In this document: positions 1-13,200 of the stretch, piece by piece
Layout: every line of letters starts with the position of its first letter
Numbering within the stretch: position 1 is the first letter of the stretch
Assembly: GCA_051362555.1 (NCBI GenBank)
Contig: CM120641.1
Location: forward strand, 43,158,401-43,222,400
Length of the DNA stretch: 64,000 nucleotides
DNA from: Lingula anatina
Taxonomy: Eukaryota; Animalia; Brachiopoda
Direction of reading: 5' to 3'
The notes under the pieces: model-generated
The model's input: the letters and a program-made list of their open reading frames with translations, nothing else
What the model was told of the DNA's origin: nothing
The model's database searches: none
Made by a program: the position numbers and the translations under genes

Positions 1-1555
1 GGGTGCACAAATGTGCTAGGACGTCTCGTCCTTACAAAGGTGTCTCGCCTTTGTGTGTGTGTCTGCTTGGCAGATCACCGTTTGGAATGCGTGCACAAAA
101 GTATCTCGCTTTTGAGGCTGTGGTGCTTACAGATAGCGGTACAGTAGAGGTGGTGAGGACAGTCACCTGCGTTGCCTGTGGTCACTATTGTGAGCTAGCG
201 GGTTCAGACAGCGACGTGTTGATTGCTCAATAGTCGAGTAAGAACATTTTAGTGTTTAGGCCTACTCAGAATAAGATCACTTAGAATGTCCTCACATTGT
301 GCGACCTAAGTTGAAAGTGCAATTTCGTCGGTAAATTGTGGGGAACGTGTTTGAATAAGCAGGGCAGACTAGAGTGACTCACTAATAAGTGTTAACTTTG
401 GGTCCATATTTTTTGACATCGTCGATCATGAAAGGCTACATTATGAACTTTGCTCGAGGATAGTGTAGGCCGGTATTGCCCAAAATCTTATTATTATGTT
501 TCAAGAGGCCAACATCGTGTACTATGGTCAGGTAGGCCCTATTCTTTGATTGGCTGTTGCTCGGCTCTGTTAACTCACATGACCTGTCTGAACAAACTTT
601 GATATCTACGTAGGTAAAATTTACAGTAGGCCTAATTTGTTAAGCTATCATTTGCCATGTTTTGGTCTCGTGTGGCATTAGTGTAATACCATACCCTGCA
701 AATGTAGCTGACACTGAATACAGGTAATTGAGTCTGATTTGATTTCCATAGGTAAAGTTTCGTATCTCTCTTAGTGTTTAGGCCTACTCAGAATAGTGAA
801 ATAAAGGCCAAGAGGGTTGTTCAAATGCAGTGTAGAGAGACAGCGTCGATCACTAAAATATCGAGATAATATCCGCAAGAGTGGTCATTGAGGGGCTTTT
901 CGGTCAGATTATCTTGATTTTCCAAAAATATTTCAGAGAGGTGCAGCGCAAGAAGGTTTTTAAATCCAGAGAAAATGCCGTTTACCCCGGGATAATTGGT
1001 TAAATATGAATTTTGGCGCCAAAATCCTCTTTGTGTACCTTTAAGTCACTTGCGTTTGTGGGGAAGTACAACAAAAATAATTTCTAGTTGCTCGACCGCA
1101 AGAATCACTTGCGCCGGGCAAGTAACGCACGTAGGTATGTCGAACCCTGCAGCATGACTCAAACATATTAAATTTTTAGAAAAAACGTTAGTCTGAAATG
1201 AAAAAAAAAATCTATTGACCATGTCGGATCAATGAATTCACACATTTTGAAAAAAAAAAAAAAACTACTGGTCAGCACGAAATTTTACTGGTCGTGGGCG
1301 TCGGACCAGTGATTAACATCGAAGTCTGCTATATATTTATAATCTTTATATTTAAGATGTTAATTAATTAATTTACTTTATTTCATTTTACATATTTTGT
1401 AAAATTGTAAAGTCTACCGAACATTTTAAATGGATTGAGAATGTAATTAAATAAATAAATAAATTATTATTATTACTACTGATTATTATTATAATTATTA
1501 TAACGTAATCTACAGATACATACAGTTAACTGGGTGAATGTCTGTTTCAGCCTGT

Positions 1556-4514
1556 ATGGACGTACAATGTAGTAGTTCCCTTATGGCACCCAATAGAAAA
1601 CAATTCAAGATATTTATCTTAACAGCTGTTATATTCATTGTCCTGTTGAACACATACGTTTACTACGCAGTCAATGGTCCTGGTACGTAATGATGATGTT
1701 AGTTTATTTATTTGATAAGAATTATAATCAAGATATTTGAAGTTTTAATTTAATATAACAACATATAGAAAGGCATATGATAATCATTCAAAATGGAACA
1801 AATATTGTACATGGATTTTCACAATTTCGTGACTACCATTTGTCTCATTCCAGGTACTTCACTTTCATTAAATCATAAAAAAATATATCATCCTCGTTTA
1901 CTTTGTTGGATTCTCACTACCAAGAGAAACTTTAAAACGAAAGCGAAAGCGGTGAAAGACACATGGTCCAGGAGGTGTGATGTCAGATTATTCGTTGCTT
2001 CAGACAAAGACGACGATTTAAACACAACAGTCTTCAACATAGTAGACTCTAGAGAGACTTTGACACAAAAAACCTTCGCCGCATTTGAGTATGTCTACAA
2101 GCATCATATCAATGACGCGGATTGGTTTCTCAAAGCAGACGACGATACATACATCTTCACAGAGAACTTACGTCACTTACTGACGTCATACAATCCAGAT
2201 CATCCTTGGTTCATTGGTTTTCCCACTCAATTATTCTTATCCTCTCCTTACATGAGCGGGGGTGCGGGATACGTCATTAGTAAAAGTGCTTTAGAAAAAT
2301 TTTACCGAGTGGGATTAAGTCAAAAGCTCTGTCCAACCACAGGACGTTTTGAAGACAAGGACTTCGGGGAATGTTTATATAAAATCGGTGTTAAGACTGG
2401 GAAATCACAAGATTCAAATCATAGGACACTTTTTCATCCCTTTCACCCCGTCACAATGATAAATGGAGCTGACCCCAACCTTCCAAAGTGGTTTTATATA
2501 TCTAGGTATCCGGGCCTGGCGGGAAATACCAGAGTGAGAAAATAAAAAATGCTTTTAATAATAGTACTCAGAGAGCAAAAACCTGCGAATCATAAAATAA
2601 AAAAAAGATCTATCAATATTAATTTGACCTCCAGGGTCCAGTTTTATAAAGGGCGTTTAGCACTAACCAGCGTAAAAGCCTAACCAGTTGTTAAATTCTC
2701 TAAACACCGGTTAACTAAATGATGATTAAAACTGTTTTAACGGGCAGTTAAGCAGCCGGTTAGCAAAACGGTGTTTAAACAGTTAAACCAGTGGTTGCTT
2801 GCTATGAACAACTTATCCAGACCATATTTGAAAATGAAATTACCCAGAATGCATGATGTTGCTATAAACAACCAAAAGACCCATAATACATATAACTAAC
2901 ATACACATAGCCTAACCTTTATAGTTGTCTTCACACAATCTTTGACATGAAGGTTGAAAAAAGATACCAAGGAAATGATTCTGTGCCTAAAATTCTGAGG
3001 TAATAAGGTGCGATTTTTATCATTTTCTAGAGCAGGATCATTAAATTATATTAAATATTTTCCAAATATGAAATTTCCTTGTCAGTTATTATACCAGAAT
3101 TGAAAATATTTCTTCAAAAACTCTCTTTCTTAATCTTACAAACTAATATCTTTTACTTGAGGGTTCCTGACAAGTCTCAGGAGATTTGTCATTTTTATCC
3201 AGCGTTTAAGTAATTTTAACTGCCCGTTTGGAACGTATAAATTTAAACAACAGTTTAGGAGATTTAACTGTTAGTTAGTGCTAAAGGGCGTTTATGAGAC
3301 AACCGTACGGTTAAAATTCGTTTAAGCTAGGACGCAATATTCGTCCTAGGTTTAAGTTAAGCGCTTGATTCAAGTATTGGTTATTGCTAAACGCTCCATA
3401 TAAAACTGGTCCTATAACTTGTACTTCTTGTGTGCATGCACAAAATTGCGTTATTATGTCCAAGTTGTGTGAAAACAAAGGAATAAAAGTGTGCTGGACA
3501 TTTGGGTAATTAACTTGAAAGTTTTTTCAGAATCCAGTTGTAAAAGAATGTTGCTAATTCTTGTTGAAGCTCTCTGATATGCAAGTTACCCTCTACCAGG
3601 GCCACATATAGCTTTTTTTTACTAGATGTATATAAACATGTCTTAAGTTAAATGCTGGACGTATATGCACTGTGAGGCCCTGGTGGGCGTATATGCAAAC
3701 CAACGTATTGTGAATATTTATGTTAGCTTTCATTTATTGTCTTAAATTTCGTTAGTGTATAGCAATTATAAACACATTCCTTTGTTACGTCAACAGATTA
3801 CTAATGGGCTTTGTGATCTGCTTGCCAGCATACAATCATTTATTGTCGATCATAAGTCCCAGGCCTGTCAATGAGGTATTCCCACTGTGTTGATAAGCCA
3901 ATTCTAAAATATTCAATATTCTAAAATATTGCCAGTATAAAAATTAAACCAGCTCATCCTGGGTCTATCATCTATGTACAAAAAAATATATAACATTATG
4001 GCTTCTATTGTCGGACACACACACAAACAACACACACGCACAAATGAGCAAAGCAATAGACTTGAAAAGTATTTTTCGACAGTATCAAGTAGTATAAAGA
4101 TCTGTTGTTTTATAAAAGCCTTTCGTTGTCAACAAACCAGTTTGAACATTATCTAGTTCCCAGAAAAAAATATGGTTCAATGTGGCCATACAAATCGACT
4201 TGTATTGAATCAGCGATCACAAAGCCTGTCCGTAATTTCCCCGAAGTGAACACGCTTAGATGTGGCCTGGTCACAAACCACTCTCTAAACCCCTCACAAA
4301 GCTTTATCCCAACCGCTATATTGATTTTATAATTTGACCTCCTGTGCATTGCCCGCTACATACGAGATAAAAATACATAAATAACCTTGCTTTAAACTCA
4401 TTTCAGGGCATTGACACACTGAGTGAGGACACGGTGTCGTTTCACTACGTGGACCCTGGAAGCATGTATCTAATGCATTTCCTCCTGTACGATATCAGAC
4501 GACCTGCCAGCTGA
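1556..4514 (+). CDS. C1GALT1: Core-1 beta-1,3-galactosyltransferase (T-synthase, C1GALT1)-like glycosyltransferase, family GT31; divergent paralog; 3 coding exons, ~304 aa
   Basis: Exons 1556-1682 (MDVQ...IFILTAVIFIVLLNTYVYYAV, type II signal anchor), 1854-2533 (RLLCWILT, TWSRRC, DWFLKADDDTY with DxD, YMSGGAGYVIS, EDKDFGEC, FHPF) and 4407-4514 (TVSFHYVDPGSMYLMHFLLY, TGA). All GT-AG with compatible phases (1, 0); total 915 nt. An acceptor at 1549-1550 implies an upstream non-coding exon. Family call is strong; strict orthology is uncertain. Confidence 0.9.
2635..3412. mobile_element. Non-autonomous DNA transposon (MITE), PIF/Harbinger-like, in intron 2 of the C1GALT1-like gene
   Basis: Imperfect ~35-bp terminal inverted repeats: ggtccagttttataaagggcgtttagcactaacca ... 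tggttattgctaaacgctccatataaaactggtcc; same TIR family as the element at 43812-44072. Confidence 0.8.
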
Positions 4515-4911
4515 TGGTGGACTGGAGAATATCAATAGACTGGTTAAATGGCTAGAATGCATAGGAAATTTTTAAGACCTGCCAAGGGCTCAGTAGTAAT
4601 ACGGTGAAACGGAAATGCCGTATATTTTTTTCATATATACAGATCAAAATATGATATTGCTAAATCGATTGATTCATTAACACATACACCGTTATTGAGA
4701 ATAGACAGGATACAAACGAAAGACTGGAAAAATCAATGGGTGGAGATGCAATTTTTTGCTCACTGACACTAAGAAATGAGGGGTTGGAATCATATCGCAA
4801 TCTTCCATTTAACACAGGAATTCACAAAGAGATTAAAATGTCCTACAGCTAATTAACCATTATCAGACACTGACGTTCGGGGAACGAAACATACCCTAGC
4901 CGTGCCCTCTG

Positions 4912-4987
4912 CCAGGGTGGCAGATATTATAGGCACATTTTCCACATGGAAATGTGGAAAATGTGCCTTTTATATCTGTCACTTTGG
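4912..4987 (+). repeat. Long inverted repeat/hairpin (36-bp arms, GGAA loop) downstream of the C1GALT1-like stop codon
   Basis: ccagggtggcagatattataggcacattttccacat-ggaa-atgtggaaaatgtgccttttatatctgtcactttgg; flanked by direct repeat TACCCTAG at 4892-4899 and 4995-5002. Confidence 0.85.
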
Positions 4988-5248
4988 TACAGAGTACCCT
5001 AGGCGCTGGTTACAGGTCAAATAATGAGATACAAAATGAAATGTGAAATACTTCGGAAATACTTAGAGGTGGCTGGAACATCTCGGTTGATTATTCCGTT
5101 GATACATTTACTGATAATTACTTGCACAAAAATAACGCAAGTACGAATGGAAAAATGGTCAGAATAATGGACAGATTACATTGAACAGACATCTAGCAAT
5201 ATATGAAAGTAGACAGTTTTACATGGTTTGGACCATATAAGAGAAAAG

Positions 5249-5327
5249 CAGACGACCTGCCAACTGATGGGGAACTGGAGAGTATCAAAAGACTGTTTTA
5301 TATGGCTGGAATAAATAGGAAATTTTT
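5249..5327 (+). repeat. Diverged direct duplicate of the C1GALT1-like stop-codon region/proximal 3' UTR (4496-4573)
   Basis: cagacgacctgccaactgatggggaactggagagtatcaaaagactg... versus cagacgacctgccagctgatggtggactggagaatatcaatagactg... Confidence 0.8.
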
Positions 5328-6737
5328 CAAAAGCAGACTTGGATAATTTTTATCTACTCCGATATTCAAGACACCACTATTACTGTCGGTATAGACGTTG
5401 CTTGTATATCACTCTCAAGAAACCGAACTATTTCAATTTCGTTTAGATTGAGAGACATGGGGGGACTTGAATATTTAACAATAGATAGACAACATGTAAA
5501 CATTGTTAAAGAAACTGCAAAAGAAATGATTGAAAAGGGTTGAGAAGAAATTCTGTTGGACTCGGTCTTCAAAGTTCAAGCCTATTTCCCAGAACAATTG
5601 ACAACTTATATATTTATATATTTTTTCCTATGTTGAATTTCTTTTATTCGGTTTGAATGTTATTTTTATGCAGTAATAGTTACGTAGATTAAAAAAAAAT
5701 TTTTTTTAGTTTTAACTATTTATTGAAGTTTTTTAAAATGTTATTGCAGTATATACTTTGCAGTAGAAAGACAGTGTTGAAGATGGTTTGGGTGATAGGG
5801 GGGCATAAAAATTTATTCATGATGACAGCACAGAATGCATTGGATAGAAATGGATTCGTGGGGGAATTTGAATATTAAAATTTTGACCCAAAACAGAGAA
5901 TTAAAGTAAGTTTTGGAGTGTTTTTATGGAAATGTAAAATCTTAATTTATGTGTTTCAAACACTTATCAGTCTGTTAGGATATAGTTGGTCTTTTTTAGT
6001 ATAATTTTTATAAAATCATACATTTACTGTAGATTTGATACTAATAAATTTAATTCTTTAATTGAATGAACATGTTTTTGTGTTTCCAGTTGTGTTTTCC
6101 AAAACAAATTACAAGTTTCATAAATATTTTTACCAAAACTACATGCCTGTGATATGAACAGTTGCCATGACAACCATCTAATTATCTATCTATCTATCTA
6201 TCTATCTCACAGGAAAGATTGAAATCCAGACAGATTTTAAATATGCCTAAGTGAGATTGAAATTTCACATAGGGGTTCTTTTGCCTGCATGTAGGCCTCT
6301 ATGTACTTTGAAAAACATTTTGAGAATAACTATAATGAACATGTTCTAGAATGTAAAAATGAACTAAAATGTTTGTCAAAGTAGGCCTACATGTGGGACT
6401 GATATGCAGCCAAAAGAATCCATATGTGGGACAAAAAAATGAAAAAATGTTTTCTAATCCCTCAATGGAAAATGGGGATTTCAAACTGGCCTAGGCCGAT
6501 TTATTTAAGGTAATATTGGTTGATATAACGTTAAATGGAACTAATTTGTTGGCCACCGCCCGTACTCAGGCTGGCTGACTGAAAAGGAACAGACTGGACT
6601 GGAGGAAAAGAAGAAAGTGCTAATGTAGCACTTTAAATTAACGTCACATAACCAACTCTGTCGGTGAATAGCTACTCAGCTAATGTTTGTACGTTCATTC
6701 TTTCCGACATAAAATAAACTTTATTGTATTGTATTGT

Positions 6738-6982
6738 AACTAGAAAAGCACTCCGAGAGCGCAGACCTCCGCCAAGGCAGCAGTTTTTATTATTATTATT
6801 GATTATTGATTGATTATTGATCCGGATCACCACCATCTAATCATCTGTTCCTTGGCCCACTTCTGACAGTTCCTGAAAATTTCTTCAAAATCGGTCCTTA
6901 ACTTTTTGAGTTATGTTGATGACAGACAGACAAACAGACAAACAGGGGTGAAAAAATAATTAAACTCCTTGGCGGAGGTTAA
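6738..6982. mobile_element. Helentron-associated (HINE/DINE-like) non-autonomous element just upstream of CASD1
   Basis: Subterminal inverted repeat acctccgccaagg (6765-6777) / ccttggcggaggt (6967-6979), internal (GACA/AACA)n microsatellite near one end and a TTA-rich tract; architecture typical of DINE-1/HINE elements. Confidence 0.6.
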
Positions 6983-7205
6983 AATCATTTTAGAAAATGT
7001 CAGAGGTTTAAAATAAAGTTACAATTAAAACGTGACCGAGTGACTAATGAAGAAACTCGTTCATTAGGTTAACTGTATACTTCTGGAAATGTAATGTTGG
7101 CGTTTCTTTCACTTATGCAAACTTTAGATGCAAACGTCTCTTTCGAAAGGATTTAGAATCGGAATAAGATCGTCTTGGGAACGCGAGAATTTGCGAGATT
7201 GTAAG

Positions 7206-10200
7206 ATGGCAGAGAAGAAACAAAGTGCAGCGCACGAAATCACTTACTATTTAAACGTAGAAAATTGCAAATTGGTAGCAGTTAGCATCGTTATTGGGTT
7301 TATTATATATCATGGATTTATCCACCTGAAAAATGGTAAGTTTTCATGAAATAACTTTTTATACATTTGAAATGCCGTGTTTTTTTGATCCCGTCATTTC
7401 GATTAGAGTGTTAACTGTTGTCCAGTTTGCTGGCGATTTAGTGTTTATTCAGCTGGTTTTGACGTGTTCACAAATCTCAGTTTTTGTGAAAACGCATTTG
7501 AATTCAGCAGTGATTCATACAATATGGAAACATTTTTGGAAAAGAAAGAGAATCTTTTCATAGATCAAATATTTTAGTTCAAATCTGAGACCCCCCCCCC
7601 CCCCCCCCTTGGCCTCTGTTTTCGTTCACGCTCCATACTTATTACCGAAGGTAAGGCCTCATAACACCCAGTGCTACAGACTCTTGAGGCTATAAATATC
7701 AATATTCTGGTGAAATACAGTGTTCCTACATTTCACCTTGTAGTCTACCACCTGCAATTGAATGAATGCTTTCTGGTTCACACATCAGTTTGATATTGTT
7801 TTGATCTGTTTTTTTAGCTGTGTCTCTGAGCCTGTCTAGTTTCTAACACAGTTTCATGAGGTTTTACCTGCTTAGTATGTAAAGTTGAAAAGTGACACCA
7901 CCCCCTCCCCCACAATATAAAATTCTAAAAAAATATGTATTATCAATGTACTGTAGTAAATATGTTGCAGCTACTAGTATGATCGCAGACCTGTTCATCT
8001 ACATTTTGTACAAGGCTTCACATTCTCTTTCATTTTGTCTCAGAATTAGGAAATGATTGGCAGAGAGTAGTAAAACTTTCAGCTATACAAACCCATATGT
8101 CTCAAATTGTCAATTGGTGAATCAGAATGGTCTAAAAGTTGGGATCTTAGCTAGGCTTATTATTCACATTAAATGATTGGGTAATCAAAGTCAAGATCCC
8201 ACTTCTCACATATTACCCCAGATGGTAGATGTCTGCAATTTTATAGCCATATTTTAGCACATAAATATCTGTACTAGTTAGTAATTTTGTGGCATATTTC
8301 CAGGGAGTGACTCCTGCCGGTGGCTGCTGAGTGATGGCAGGTTCCAGGGATATAACGCTTGGCAGCCTTATGGTTGTATGATGCACAAATACTCCAAGAG
8401 GTCAGTGACCACAAATCTGAGACTAACTTTAGCATAGCAAATTCCTAATTCATTTGCTAAATAAAGTTTAAAATTTCCCACAGTTAACACTATATGCATC
8501 ATTGGTAAAGTTCAAAATATTGTTTTGGCAACAGTGGTATATTTATTTCTTTTGAAAGGAAATTCACTTCTAGAAAGAGCTCAGATAAAAGGTGTCCTTT
8601 GATTTTAGTTACTTTTATACAGCTATTTACAAGGCACGGTAACTCTTAGACATAAACATAAGTTAAGAAAATTTTAGCCTGTTAAAGTCCATTGTTGATT
8701 GAAGTCATCCCTTTTATGTACAGACAAACCAGGGATATAAATATGTCATTAAATCAATAAAATTTGAGGTAAATGTAATTGATAGCAAAAGCCCCAACAT
8801 GGTTAGTGCAGGTTTCTACATCATGGCACATCAAATCATCATGATCATGAACATTTAATTATTAATGATCACCCAGACTGTCATTAAATTCCCTGTATTG
8901 TTCTTAAAACTCAATAGGAATTGATTATCCGGGCCCTAAGCTACAAAACATTTGAACAGTTTATCATCAATTGATGAAGAAATAATTGGTACACAATGGC
9001 TGTTGTTGTTTTTCATTATATTATACTATTATACTAGTTATTATAATTTTGTTTTTCCAGTGAATCCAGAAACTGTATGCATTACATCTCATACTGGGGC
9101 CATTCCAGCCATTTTGCTTTTGTTGGAGATTCTCGCATACGACAGCTCTACTATGAGTTTGTTAATGTACTCAGTACAGATGAATTTAAAGTAGAGGAAA
9201 AACACTCTGATGTTCACTTCAACGATAAAAACTTAAATTTAAAAGTGGTGAGTGGCAATTTTTATGTATATTTAAGTAGTGGCATTGTTTCACTCTTTGC
9301 TACCCAATATATTGAGAACACAGCATTACTTGTCTGTTTATTATGTTCACTGTTATTCTTCAGCATTGCAGAGATCCTTGGACTGTTGAAATGCAAACAG
9401 TTGTTGATAAATTTATTTCTTTATGAACATGATTGACTTTTTGATAGAAAAATTTATGAAAGAGTATATACATTGCACTGCTTATTATTAAATGAAAAAA
9501 AAAATTAAATTTCAGAGATCCAACATCATTGTGAGCTAAATTGCATATATCATACCCAAGGTTTTTTTATGTTAGAAAATGAAGTCGATCATTAGGCACA
9601 AGAAATACATAATATGATAAATGCATACAGAAATACTTTTACATTTCAATTTATTTCAGGATTTTTTGTGGTATCCATTTGTGAATCTTTCCATGTACAA
9701 TGTTTTTAAAGCATGGAACAAATCAGATGATCATCTGCCCAATTTCATAGTGGTTGGCAGTGGCACAGTAAGTGACAGTATTTATTTGTGTCTCATCTTT
9801 TGTCTCAGCATCTGCTCCCTTGGGTAGAGTTAATATTGTTAACTGCAGCAGTACTTGCTGACGAATTGAAAAGCCAAGATTTATTTCCTTTTCTGCTCAC
9901 AAATGAACTATACTTGGGCATAAGATATTTTTTGTTAATTTGCTAATTTGATTTAAAGATTCAATTGGGTCAATTACCATTGAAATAAGAGAATAAATTT
10001 TCAAAAGGTAACTTAAGGAAGACCATCTTGAAATTGATGATTTATGTTGACTTGAGCAGTTAAATACCAACATGTTTAATGAATATTTCAGTGGAGCATT
10101 AAATATTTCAATGCAAGCGAGGCATCACTTGTGAATTTTAAAGGTAAGCGTGTATAGTATTGAAGTATTATCAACATCTGTTCTGCAACATGGCAAGTTA

Positions 10201-13200
10201 TTAACAGTAATTTCTTAAACTGGTGGTAGTGGATGGGATTTGTGAAGTATTACACTTTTGCAGTTATTGAGAAATTAAATGAATAAAATCACTGAGTTGT
10301 AAAATATCAGCTTATTGATTGCAATTTTAGAATTTTATCATTACTATACTACTACTGTACAAATACCTATCACTGCAATTTCAGAAAATTTGATGATATT
10401 ATCATTATTATTATAGTTCTGTTACTTTAAGCCTAGAAATAAAAACAACAGATTTATCCATAGGAAAGATTGGACTTTTCTGGTAATGTTAATTTATCAT
10501 TTGTATACTTACTTTCAGCCAATTTAACAAAAATGAGACCTCTGTTTCGACAGTTACAAAGCAGAACAAAACTGATTTGGATGTTACAGGGTAAGTGGGC
10601 TTACTAGAGTAAGCTGCACATGATGTAATTTGCACATGATCTGCAGGTTAAAAGAATGTCAAGTGCAATTTTAATCTCCCTTTCACTAATTTTGGATATA
10701 AGTAACAGGTTGTTAACAGATATACTTAATTTTAAATCTCATTGGCATATTTAATTATAAGGCTTTTTAATTATAATAAAATACAAGAAATATCCCAGAG
10801 GGCAGGCTATTTAGTATTTTTTTGAATCTCCAGATCCAGTGATAGAAGACAAGCTTGGTCCAAACAGATCAATGATCACCAATGAACAAATAGATGATTA
10901 CAATAAAGCAGCCATCACTGAACTGTGAGTATTATTAACAGAAAATATATTTGTCCATTTATTTTATTGATCAATGAGAAAAAGGGGCATAAGAGAACAA
11001 AGATATTCAAATGATCAGTGATAACCTTAAAGTGAATGAAGAATGATGAAAAAGGGGTGATTGAATCTGTAGCAATAAATTAATGAATTTAGGTGGACTG
11101 AAATGCACATTTGGTGATTCTTTTGAGTTAACAGGACTGAAGTGGAGTGGTGCAGTTAGCACTAAGTTACCCAGAAGTTAATACAGCCAAAAATATCACA
11201 TTGCCCTTTTTGAAATGGTAATAATTATTGTTCCTATTATACGGGTTAGAATGACAAATTTGTCAGAAGGGTCATTCTATCATGGTTCTATATTTTGGGT
11301 GATTTGATTGCCTATTTCAACTGCAACACAGATTCTTTAACGCAACCCCAAGTTTTTAATGAAATAATCAGCAATTCTTTATACATCAGTTCTTTTTTAA
11401 TTTTCATTTATTCGAATGAAGAGCTAGTGAGCATACTGACGCCTTGGGTGTTGATTTTTCTTTTCAGAGAGAATAGCGGTGCTCAGATTTGGAAGTCTTC
11501 CCGCCTCATTGCACAGGGCCACACAGAGGACTCCACAGATGGTCTCCATATAGGGAAGGTCCCCCTGGAGTGGGTAAGGAGCAGGGCTCAATCTTAAAGA
11601 GATAACAATGGTTTCGGTAAAATAGATGGATATTCCTGGGGTAAACGATGTTTTTCCCATACTTACCAATGGTTAATGAATTATTTCTCTGTTGTGGATT
11701 GTGTGTATGTGAGACAGAGCGTATCTGATTCTTTTGTTCTTGCCCTCTGCCTTGGTTTAAGTCTTATGCAAGCCAGTTAGTATAACATTTGCAGTCCATG
11801 TCATCTAGAGACCAAAAATAATAAATTATTTATTAGAGAAAAATTATGTATAAAAATAGATGATGAAATAAACTTAAAAAAGTAAAAAGGAAGAAAATTG
11901 AACTATGCTGTCTCTGTTGGCCAAAACAAAATGAAAATTTTACATTTGCTATATTTTACATTGCAAATATTGAGCTTATTTGAATTGCAATCTTCGTAAG
12001 ATTAAAAAGACAATTTTGTTAATGTTATAAATTTGAAGTGTGAACAGCTTTTGAATTTCTTACCAATTTTGCACATGCGTGCCCTTTCGTAAGAAAAGCC
12101 AATTTTCTCTTTTTTCTAGGACACCCAAATATTGTTGAACATGTACTGCAATGACCATATGAACTTCAATGACGGCACATGCTGCAGTGATGCTGAACCC
12201 ATCACAAAGGTGCAGAAGGCAACAGCATTGGTATTTGCTATATGGTATGTGTCCATTGTTTTGCGTGCTCAATTGTGTTTTGTGGTAATTCGAAAGGTTG
12301 CATAAAATAACTCGAGCCAAAAGTTAGTGTTTACCTAAAAGTTGAAACATTTTCATCTACTTCAAATTGAACAGAGTTGATAGTAGTCCATTGAAATGAT
12401 GATATTGGATCTGGTTTACAAGCAGTGATAGAGCAAAAGTTACTTTATTTTAGTGCTCTTCTATACATTTATTCTGGATTGAATTACACCAAAAATTTAG
12501 TCTCCAAGGAAGGGACACTTTTTTTATGAGAAACTGGATTAGTTGTTTATCTTCAGGCAGAGTAAAAGGTCCTTAGTCCAAATTTTCTCTACGTCTCAGT
12601 CATGTCCAGGTTAAGTTTGGAGGATGTTCATAGAGTGATGTTAACTTTTTTCCACCCTAGGTAGACTAAGATATTTGAATATTGTCTTTTACTAAGATAA
12701 ATTAAAACTTGCATGGGCTACTCTAACAATATCTTTAACTTCATTTCAGCATTGTACTTGCAGTTGTCATGGTCATTTACAAAAGAAAATCCAGGAAATC
12801 AGTAGCTAATGATGGTATGTAATTTTTTCCTTTAACCTTACATATGTGTGGTTGAACAAGCTAGATTTCAAATTGGTTCAGTTAATGTTTTTGTGATTTT
12901 TTTTGTTGCTACAATTTGACCCCCCCCCCTCTCTCTTTTTATACTCTCCCTAATTTTACTGCTAACCCTCTTTTTCACCTGATTTTTTTATTTCTTATGC
13001 ATTTTGCTCCTGCCAATCCTGAGTTAACAAATCTGTCTTTTATCAGTTCTTTTGTTGGTTAAAAGTTTAGGTGTAAATTACGTAATAATCTGTTTTATTA
13101 TTGGGTTAGGTTATATCACTGTGGTTTTATGACTAATGTATATTAATTTTTAATTTTTCCATTAAAACTGTTGAATATTTCTTCACCAATATGTTTTGCT

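Noticed and set aside
3-233. 76-aa ORF at the window start
   Set aside because: No recognisable homology, GTG start at the window edge, no splice support.
1085-1328. Two possible hAT-like right ends (tcgaaccctg at ~1149, tcgaagtctg at ~1328)
   Set aside because: No matching left TIRs found in the window; too weak to call.
1793-1853. ATG 1793 as the start of the glycosyltransferase
   Set aside because: Intronic read-through; the real N-terminus with the signal anchor is in exon 1556-1682.
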